Of a DNA stretch of 64,000 nt, positions 57,206 to 64,000 are shown piece after piece. Numbering within the stretch: the stretch's first letter is position 1; each line of letters starts with the position of its first letter. The stretch is from an uncultured Verrucomicrobiota bacterium (GTDB lineage: Bacteria; Verrucomicrobiota; Verrucomicrobiia; Limisphaerales; CAYIIH01), in assembly GCA_964363225.1 (NCBI GenBank), contig CAYIIH010000006.1:3345-67344 (forward strand), written 5' to 3'. The notes under the pieces are model-generated. The model was not told the origin of the DNA. It ran no database searches and saw nothing but the letters and a program-made list of their open reading frames with translations. A program made the translations under genes and the position numbers.

Positions 57206-58176
57206 GCCAGTTCTTCTGCCGATTCCCGGATTGCCCGCAGGACCGCTTCAGCGGAGGACCAGCGGGATCGCCAACCCAGTGCGGTTAATTTGGCGATGTC
57301 ATAAGAGAATCTGGGAACATCCCCAGGCCAGCCCTTTTCGCCGCCGGTGTAGCGAATGGCGGCCACCGGCGCGAAAACAGCCACGACGGATTCGGCAATC
57401 TCTCGGACAGTCGTGGAACCGCCGGAAGGCGCGATATTGAAACAGTTCATCTGCTCGTTGGCCCGGTGGTAAATGAAAAACATAGCCTCAACTAATTCCC
57501 GAACATGCAAATAAGGCTTTTCCTGACGACCATCGCCCAAGACCGTTAATTCAGACGGGTTTCGGCGCAACTTCTCGATAAAATCATGTATAACGCCGTG
57601 AGTAGCGCGGGGGCCGACCACGTTTGGGAAGCGGAATATCCACGCCTGCAGCAAGTGGGTTTCCAGGGCTGCACTGATAATAGCCTCGGAGGCCAGTTTC
57701 ATTGCCCCATAATTGGAAATGGGAAGCAACGGGCCTGTCTCCTCCGTCAACGCGTCGGCGTGAGCGCCATAAATAGCCGAGGAGGAGGCAAAGGCAAACT
57801 TGCGGATGCCAAAACACCTGGCCAAGGCCAGTGCTTGAAATGTCGACATGAATGTGTTCCGCAAATCTACCTCCGGATCTACGGCACCCGCGGCGATATC
57901 CGAATTGGCCGCGAAATGCCAGATGGTCTCAATGGGGCTGGGAACGGCGCTTTCCAGTAGTTGTTCGCAACGTTTCACATCATTCAAATCTGCCTCCAAG
58001 AATTGGAAGCGAGCATGAGCCAGAGCCAGCCGGAGATTATCAAGGCTGCCCAGCGAAAGGTTATCCAAGCCGATAACGTGCTGGCCGGCCTGCAACAGCG
58101 AGTCCACGAGATGACTGCCGATAAATCCGGCCGCGCCAGTGACCAAGTTGATATGGCCTGCCATTCCGTCAGTCAT
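57202..58176 (-). CDS. NAD-dependent epimerase/dehydratase (UDP-glucose 4-epimerase-like SDR)
   Basis: 324 aa from ATG 58176, with VTGAAGFIGSHL and YGAMKLASE. Confidence 0.88.
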   Translation of the reverse strand: MTDGMAGHINLVTGAAGFIGSHLVDSLLQAGQHVIGLDNLSLGSLDNLRLALAHARFQFLEADLNDVKRCEQLLESAVPSPIETIWHFAANSDIAAGAVDPEVDLRNTFMSTFQALALARCFGIRKFAFASSSAIYGAHADALTEETGPLLPISNYGAMKLASEAIISAALETHLLQAWIFRFPNVVGPRATHGVIHDFIEKLRRNPSELTVLGDGRQEKPYLHVRELVEAMFFIYHRANEQMNCFNIAPSGGSTTVREIAESVVAVFAPVAAIRYTGGEKGWPGDVPRFSYDIAKLTALGWRSRWSSAEAVLRAIRESAEELA

Positions 58177-58439
58177 TAAACTGGCAAAGCCCAAACCGAT
58201 TGATTCGATTGACTGTCTAATATCACAAGTCCAAGAGAGACTCACTAAGACTTTTGAGATTCTCGCGTGGCAATCATTTTCCAATATAAAGAATCTGGCT
58301 GCGCAAGCCTCTGTCGTAAGTTCGGCCAGTGAAAGCCGAATGCCAAGGAAAAGAATTCCCCATTGCGGACGGTAGATCAGGCTGAAACGAAGTACCTGGA
58401 ACGATCATCAACTGCGGCTTGATGCTATTCATGCCCAGG

Positions 58440-59276
58440 CTAACGCAAAAGCCATTTGAGGCCCTCCCGAATCGCCTCCTGGCGCACTTTTTGCCGCAAT
58501 CTTTCTGGTGGTGGAGAAGGTGAGGAGAATCTGATCAGCGCCCAATAATGTGCGCAGACCAGGAATTGGTAGTAAGCCATCAGGACGCTCCAGATCACCC
58601 CGAGCATGCCGTAGCGCCAAGCCTGGCAAGTAATATAACGCCCCCAAAACTCACCCAAAGGGCGGCGCAGCAGATACGGCCAAATTCTTGGCTGGACCGT
58701 GGCTTGCAGACGCTGTGCATCGACAGGGCTGGCCCGCACCAGTTTCTGGATGAACCGCTGCAAATCATCGCCGTAGCCTGGATGTTCCAGAGCCATTTGC
58801 GGATCCGGTGGAAGATAGCGCAATTTGCCTTTCACTTCCGGATGACTATGCACTTGGTTTGACCAAGTGATTGTACCTTTGCGAAAGAACCTGGTTTGGT
58901 GGTCCGGCCAAAACCCATGTTCGAGCCATTGACCCAAGAAGTAGTTACGGCGCGGCAAAGCGTAGGCATCCGCATCCGCAGTCTTGGATAGTTCGCGCAA
59001 CTTGGCAGCGAGCTTGGCGGGCACACGTTCGTCCGCGTCCAAAAGCAAAATCCAGTTTCCCTGGCATAGGCGGATGCCCTCGTTGCGGACCTCTTCAACG
59101 ACGGTAGCTGCCGGCAAATCCACCAAATGAGCACCCTGAGCGAGAGCGATCTCGCGAGTGCCGTCGGTGCTGGCGGAATCAGTCACTACCTGTTGATCGG
59201 TCCAAGCTAGAGAATGCAGACAATCGGCCAGATAGGTCGCTTCGTTACGGGTTTGGATTAAGGCTGTTATGGTCAT
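58440..59276 (-). CDS. Glycosyltransferase family 2
   Basis: 278 aa from ATG 59276. It has TALIQTRNE, DSASTDGT and LLDADE (DxD). Confidence 0.87.
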   Translation of the reverse strand: MTITALIQTRNEATYLADCLHSLAWTDQQVVTDSASTDGTREIALAQGAHLVDLPAATVVEEVRNEGIRLCQGNWILLLDADERVPAKLAAKLRELSKTADADAYALPRRNYFLGQWLEHGFWPDHQTRFFRKGTITWSNQVHSHPEVKGKLRYLPPDPQMALEHPGYGDDLQRFIQKLVRASPVDAQRLQATVQPRIWPYLLRRPLGEFWGRYITCQAWRYGMLGVIWSVLMAYYQFLVCAHYWALIRFSSPSPPPERLRQKVRQEAIREGLKWLLR

Positions 59277-59389
59277 GAGATTGTTCTCCTTGTGTTTCTG
59301 CGGCCGGCAACGGCAGGCTCTCATAAGGGAAAGGTCTCAAGAGCAAGAGCGAGTCCGAACAGATAAGGCAATGGCCGCCAAAAAGAGGC

Positions 59390-60187
59390 TCACGCACGCC
59401 CATCGGGCGCGAACCTCGAATAAATGCGTTTCAGCCTCCGTTTCAAGGCGTTCTTAATCAACACCGGCACAACGCGGAGCACCCATCGCAATGAGATATT
59501 CCTCGGATCCGATACCGCGGCCAGGTACTGGTTTGTGGCCAAAAAGTTTTTTGGGTGGATGAGCGCCAGAGGAACGGGGCCGTTGATCTCCAATTCACGT
59601 TGGAGCGGTGGATGACGGTCTAAATGGTCGCGCCGGACAAAGAGCAGGATGTTTTGCGCGTACCACCATTCCACCAGATCGTTTTGCCAGATTCTTCGCC
59701 GCAAACAATCGACGGCCACGAAATCCCTCGCCTGGAAATGGGCGACCCAATATTCCGGCCACTGTTCATTGAGATGGTGCAGTCCTCGTGAAAACGGAAT
59801 TGCGGCGGAGAACAAAACAATCGGCGCCAGACGTGTCAGCGAATCAATGAAATCCCCGGCACACGCCGCGGGCAGGTGTTCGGCCACTTCGACCGATATG
59901 GCCAGATCAAATTCGTTTTCCAGGCGGAGCGGCTTCGTCAGGTCGTGCGGAATGAACCGTTCCGCCGGGATATGCAGCAGGCTCCGCGCAACGTAATCGC
60001 CATCCACACCCCAAACGTCCTCAATCCCAAGGTTCCTGAGTGCCGCCAGCCAGGTGCCCACGCCACAGCCAACGTCGATGACTCGCCGCGGATGGATCAA
60101 AGTCAGGACCAGCGGAAGGATCTCCAGCGCTGACCGTCGCGAGCCTTCCTGTTGGCCTTTGAAGAAATCCTCGGTGTAAGGTTGCAT
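59390..60187 (-). CDS. Class I SAM-dependent methyltransferase
   Basis: 265 aa. It has VIDVGCGVGTW (motif I) and DLAISVEVAEHL. Confidence 0.85.
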   Translation of the reverse strand: MQPYTEDFFKGQQEGSRRSALEILPLVLTLIHPRRVIDVGCGVGTWLAALRNLGIEDVWGVDGDYVARSLLHIPAERFIPHDLTKPLRLENEFDLAISVEVAEHLPAACAGDFIDSLTRLAPIVLFSAAIPFSRGLHHLNEQWPEYWVAHFQARDFVAVDCLRRRIWQNDLVEWWYAQNILLFVRRDHLDRHPPLQRELEINGPVPLALIHPKNFLATNQYLAAVSDPRNISLRWVLRVVPVLIKNALKRRLKRIYSRFAPDGRA

Positions 60188-60389
60188 GAACTCCGGTCTT
60201 ACGGTCCTGCCATCTCAATCTTAATCCGCCGAACGCAGAGCGCCATCGTGGGATCCCAGTTTTGTCGCTGCCGCCCGTCAGCAAGAAACTGAGTGTGACG
60301 GCATAATGGTGGCGTGGCCTGGCAAAGCGCCAGAAGCAACGAGGCGAAGGCAAGAGGTCTCGTTCGCCCGGCGGAACCAGCCGCAAATC

Positions 60390-61148
60390 TCAAGGGCGTT
60401 TCGCCTCCAGCACCATGGTCTCCAGTCCGTTAAACTCCTCTCCGATCAGTTTCCCGTGGGATTCCAAGCCGGATAGATGCTCGTCGTTGCTTTCCCCAGG
60501 CGAATGCTCACTGACCGCGATGAAGCCCGCACGTTCCAAAGCGCCCTGCAACGCCGCCGGATCATAAATGAACTTGTGTCCCCAATTCCGCACGAAATTA
60601 TTGATGATAAAGCACTCCTGAGAAGTATTAAGGTGGGGCCAGTATTCGTTCATTGCCCATTTAATGTAGCGACGCTGGCGTCCGGTCTTTTCCGGTGAGT
60701 AGAGGTCGATCAAGTTCTTCAGATTGGGGGTGGCGATGCGGATTCTGCCGGCTGGCTTCAAAACCCGGAAACTCTCGCGGAGCATGAAGAGACCTTCCTC
60801 GTAACTCAGGTGCTCGATCACGTGTTCGCTGAAGACGTAATCGAATGTTTGGCTGGCCAGTGGGAACGCGCGCGTCGCATCCATAAACACAGATTCGCGT
60901 GACACGGGATAAGAATCCGTATTCAGCCAGCCGGCCAGCGCGTTGGGTCCCGATCCAATCTGCAATTTGCGGAGGCGATGGCCGCGGTCATACTCTTCGA
61001 TCTGCCGGGAGTAAACGCGCGGCGAGGTTGCCCGGATTCGCTCGTACTTTGCCCTGGCGTGGCGCAGAGTGCGTGCGAGCGCGCGCAATACGGCAAACCG
61101 CTTCAAAAACCTTTTCAATTCTTCCGGCAGTTTTTTCGATGGCATCAT
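60390..61148 (-). CDS. Class I SAM-dependent methyltransferase (Methyltransf_11-like)
   Basis: 252 aa from ATG 61148. It has LQIGSGPN, DYVFSEHVIEHL and LKPAGRIRIATP. Confidence 0.83.
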   Translation of the reverse strand: MMPSKKLPEELKRFLKRFAVLRALARTLRHARAKYERIRATSPRVYSRQIEEYDRGHRLRKLQIGSGPNALAGWLNTDSYPVSRESVFMDATRAFPLASQTFDYVFSEHVIEHLSYEEGLFMLRESFRVLKPAGRIRIATPNLKNLIDLYSPEKTGRQRRYIKWAMNEYWPHLNTSQECFIINNFVRNWGHKFIYDPAALQGALERAGFIAVSEHSPGESNDEHLSGLESHGKLIGEEFNGLETMVLEAKRP

Positions 61149-61224
61149 AAGTCGCAAGGACAGCTCTGGATCGAGTCCGTCAAGGGCCGCGGAAACGCCT
61201 GCCGACCCGGTGACATCGGGATAC

Positions 61225-61676
61225 TCACTGATCCTTGGCCGTGGCCAATCGGCGCCATTGCGCGGCCAAGGTCAGCCGCCACGCGGGATAAGGCTGGTGC
61301 TGTTGAACGAATCGTTCCAATTCCGCCGTAACGGGAAAAGAGCGCCATTCAGTGAACGCAAACGAGCCTGCCCAGAACAGCCAGTGGAAATGCCGCTGCA
61401 CCGGCAGCCGCCGCAAGAAGCTTTGCGGAAAGGAAAAGCGCCAGTGACTGTGAATGACATGGGGCTTCGCGGCTCTTTGGTGAAGCCTTCGCGGTCGCCC
61501 CCCTGGGCGCGGACCGTCAGGCGTGTGTCAAACGGCTCGGCGTCAATAAAGACGATTCCCTCGTTAGACTGCGCTTGCGGGAGGAGCCGCGACATTACAT
61601 CGTTCAGCAAAGCCCGCTTGTTGCGAGTGGTAATGACGTAACTCAGTGAATAGGGCGGTGGCATAAGTGACAGCAC
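61225..61676 (-). pseudogene. Degraded/truncated GT2 glycosyltransferase remnant
   Basis: The N-terminus PYSLSYVITTRNKRALLNDVMSRLLPQAQSNEGIVFID looks like a GT2 start. The frame then degenerates, and a second frame continues WRFSFPQSFLRRLPVQRHFHWLFWAG...*. The whole region (~150 codons) is too short for a GT2 enzyme. Confidence 0.35.
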
Positions 61677-61882
61677 CTTGAGCCCACACGCGGCTAGGCT
61701 CCATCATCTGTGCGGCGAGCGCCTGTTGGCTGACGATGAATTGAACCTGCACCTCATTGATTATTGATCATCAGTCAACCGTCCGAAAACGGTTCAAGGC
61801 GGGTGAGCCGGTCCCAATGAAACAGAACGCTTTCCAGGCAACGGGGCCAAGCCCAATGTACCTCACGCTGGACCTTCGTTGG

Positions 61883-62809
61883 CTAAACATTTGTATAGGG
61901 CGTCTTGAAATTAATAGCCGCCAGCGCCCGTTTCAATTCTTCCACCCCTTCTTCCACAGTGATTGAGGTTTCATAACCCAGGTCGGCTATCTTCTTGTAG
62001 GACACAACATAGTTCCGTTTGTCGGCGTCTTCCCCAACATCGGCATAATGCACATAACATTGGACCTGCTTTTCAATAATCCTGCAGATGTCTTCCTTGC
62101 TGTAATTCATCTTTTCCGAGCCAACGTTAAATACTTGGCCGGTCATCTGATGCTGGTGGTCGATGGCAAACAGAAAGGCGCGCCCCATATCGTACACATG
62201 AATGAACGTGCGCATAAAATTTCGCTCATAAACCACCAAGTACTGCTGGGTGAGCGCCTTATAGACGAAATCATTGATCATCAAATCCAGCCGCAACCGG
62301 CCTGAAACGCCAAAAGCAGTGGCAAACCGGTAAGCGACGGTCGAGCAATTGTCCAATAGGTGGCGCTCGGCCATCGTCTTGGTTTGCCCATAGAGGCTGA
62401 GAGGGTTAAGCGGAGTTTCTTCCGTGCAGACTTCTTCCACCGCGCCGTAATTGCTCCCCGTCGAGCCGAACAGCACAACCTGGCTTCGGGAAGCGGCCGC
62501 AGCCACGTTCTGCGTCCCGCCCACGTTGACGTCTGCGGCCAGTTTTGGGTCCTTGCGACAGGCTGGATAGCCGACAATCGCTGCCAGGTGAACAATGATA
62601 TCTTGTCCGTTGACCGCGGCTTGAACCTCCACGGCATTGCGCACATCCCCCTTCACAAAAGAGAAGTTTCTGTTGCGAAAGAACGGGAGCAACGCATCTC
62701 CGCCAAACATCAAATTGTCGAAAACACGGACTTTGTAGCCGCGTTCCAACAATTGCGGCATCAAGGAGGTGCCCACGTAACCGGCTCCGCCGATGACAAG
62801 AACATTCAT
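61883..62809 (-). CDS. NAD-dependent epimerase/dehydratase (SDR)
   Basis: 308 aa with MNVLVIGGAGYVGTSL and YGQTKTMAE (YxxxK). Confidence 0.9.
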   Translation of the reverse strand: MNVLVIGGAGYVGTSLMPQLLERGYKVRVFDNLMFGGDALLPFFRNRNFSFVKGDVRNAVEVQAAVNGQDIIVHLAAIVGYPACRKDPKLAADVNVGGTQNVAAAASRSQVVLFGSTGSNYGAVEEVCTEETPLNPLSLYGQTKTMAERHLLDNCSTVAYRFATAFGVSGRLRLDLMINDFVYKALTQQYLVVYERNFMRTFIHVYDMGRAFLFAIDHQHQMTGQVFNVGSEKMNYSKEDICRIIEKQVQCYVHYADVGEDADKRNYVVSYKKIADLGYETSITVEEGVEELKRALAAINFKTPYTNV

Positions 62810-62830
62810 AGGATTCCGTTGCCCTCTTAA

Positions 62831-63751
62831 CTATAGAACCGACCGATAATAATCCACTGTTCTCCGAATGGCCTCTTGGTGATCGATAAATTGGAAATCC
62901 GGAAACAGGCGCCGGAACTTGCGGTCATCCAGAATCTTGCGCATGGCGCCATCCTGGTAGTGCGCGTTGAAGATCAGGCCGCCTTGATAGCCAATCGCTT
63001 GGGCAATCAACTCCGCTGATTCGCGAATGGTATAGCCTTTGTTTTGGGCGATGTTGACCGGATAGGTCAGGTCCGCCTCCAGCGTCAGCGCGCCTTTGAG
63101 GATGGCTACGATGTCATCGATATATCCCCACTCGCGCAAGGGCTGGCCGGTGCCCCAAATCTCAAACTCGGGCTGGTTTTGCCGGTGCGCCAGCAGCATC
63201 CGGATGATCATGCCGTTGAGGGCATGGGTGCGGTTTGGATCGGTGTAATCGCCCGGCCCGAAGGCGTTGGGCACGAGAAAATTGAGCGTGCGCAGGCCGT
63301 GCTGTCTGGCGTAACATCGAGCCAGGACATAAATCATCCGCTTGGTATTCCCATAGGAGAAAACGGAATCATGCACCTCGCCTCGCCACCAATCCGGCTC
63401 GTAATGGACGTCTGCATCTCCGGGATAAGAACAGTTGGAGAGGGGATTGATAATGCGGGCCTGCGGGCAGGCCTCAACCGCAGCGCGGTAAAGGTTCAAA
63501 GCCATTAGCGCGTTGTCGTGAAAAACCGCAGCGGCATTCTGGCTCACGTAATGCAGACTGCCGACATGAGCAGCGCAGTTGCATATCGTTTCAGGCCGGA
63601 CTTCGGCCAGCAGCCGACGTGTTGCCCCAAAGTCAGCCAAGTCACACCCGTCGCGCCTGGACCGGCAAACCACCTCGTGGCGACCCGAATCCAAAATTCC
63701 TGCCAGTCGTTTGCCCACAAAACCGTGACCGCCCAGGATGAGTATTTTCAT
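62831..63751 (-). CDS. GDP-L-fucose synthase-like epimerase/reductase (Fcl/WcaG family SDR)
   Basis: 306 aa. It has ILILGGHGFVG, SNCSYP, YGNTKRM, NAFGPGDYTDPNRTHALNGMI and WGTGQPLREW, matching the Fcl pattern. Confidence 0.85.
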   Translation of the reverse strand: MKILILGGHGFVGKRLAGILDSGRHEVVCRSRRDGCDLADFGATRRLLAEVRPETICNCAAHVGSLHYVSQNAAAVFHDNALMALNLYRAAVEACPQARIINPLSNCSYPGDADVHYEPDWWRGEVHDSVFSYGNTKRMIYVLARCYARQHGLRTLNFLVPNAFGPGDYTDPNRTHALNGMIIRMLLAHRQNQPEFEIWGTGQPLREWGYIDDIVAILKGALTLEADLTYPVNIAQNKGYTIRESAELIAQAIGYQGGLIFNAHYQDGAMRKILDDRKFRRLFPDFQFIDHQEAIRRTVDYYRSVL

Positions 63752-63760
63752 TTTGAATGA

Positions 63761-64000
63761 TTAACAGCCTGTGCCGTGCCGTTCCTGAAGCAGTCGTGCG
63801 GCATGCGCCTTCACCTTGGCGGATTCGCGCGAAAAGACACGACCTTTCTCCAAGAATAACGTCCATGGCTCATAGCGCCATTTGCGGATGATCGCGTGGG
63901 CCGCTGAGGCAAATCCCTCCGGCAGATGTACTCCCGGCAATACCACCGTGTTCGAACCAAGCAGGACATGATCCTCAAAGAGGATGTCTTCGCACACGCC
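63761..64000 (-). CDS. Hexapeptide-repeat (LbH) acyl/acetyltransferase, partial (N-terminus beyond window)
   Basis: The frame is open to the window edge. HVLLGSNTVVLPGVHLPEGFASAAHAII is a left-handed beta-helix hexapeptide pattern. Confidence 0.7.
   Translation of the reverse strand, partial: GVCEDILFEDHVLLGSNTVVLPGVHLPEGFASAAHAIIRKWRYEPWTLFLEKGRVFSRESAKVKAHAARLLQERHGTGC

Noticed and set aside
1-64000. Searched by eye for CRISPR arrays, tRNA/rRNA/tmRNA, transposases, integrases, reverse transcriptases and known defence-system proteins
   Set aside because: I saw no regularly spaced direct repeats, cloverleaf-like segments or mobile/defence protein signatures. Small ncRNAs cannot be excluded without tRNAscan/Infernal-type searches.

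Overview
High-GC bacterial chromosomal window. The gene content looks like the PVC superphylum (Verrucomicrobiota/Planctomycetota-like). This is an inference from a PSCyt/DUF1549/DUF1553 + DUF1501 gene pair, a Tat-signal Gfo/Idh/MocA oxidoreductase and a PQQ-like beta-propeller. I saw no rRNA, tRNA, CRISPR array, transposase, integrase or phage genes by eye. Left part (1-26 kb) is a housekeeping/accessory mix. It holds class II fructose-bisphosphate aldolase, a sigma54 response regulator next to pilC, and a secreted beta-helix protein. It also holds a REP/MITE-like palindromic element, a convergent hicB/hicA pair, the PSCyt-DUF1553/DUF1501 pair and yebC. A lipid-trafficking cluster follows (MMPL transporter, novel aromatic-Pro repeat protein, mlaE-mlaF-mlaD), then a putative glycoside hydrolase and corA. 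Right part (26 kb to the window end, more than 38 kb) is one very large envelope-polysaccharide island. It starts with a cytoplasmic histidine kinase and a sigma54 regulator. It then has a GT-C-like membrane protein, an outer-membrane barrel, a Wzc-like tyrosine autokinase, a Wza-like exporter and an FHA-TM protein. These are followed by about 10 GT4/GT2 glycosyltransferases, 2 more large membrane proteins (one GT-C-like, one unassigned), 5 SAM methyltransferases and 5 SDR epimerase/dehydratases. There is also a GtrB/ArnC-like polyprenyl-phosphate glycosyltransferase and GDP-heptose pathway genes (hddA, hddC-gmhB fusion). Most notable: the heptose kinase gene carries a poly-G(9) frameshift plus a second frameshift. 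The Wzy-like polymerase is also frameshifted. A perfect 24-25 bp hairpin with an SD + 6-codon mini-ORF sits in the divergent promoter of the island. I found no clearly new defence or mobile system. The most novel-looking items are the repeat protein in the lipid cluster and the architecture and decay of the glycan island. All functional calls come from motif recognition by eye in the supplied translations, with no database searches.
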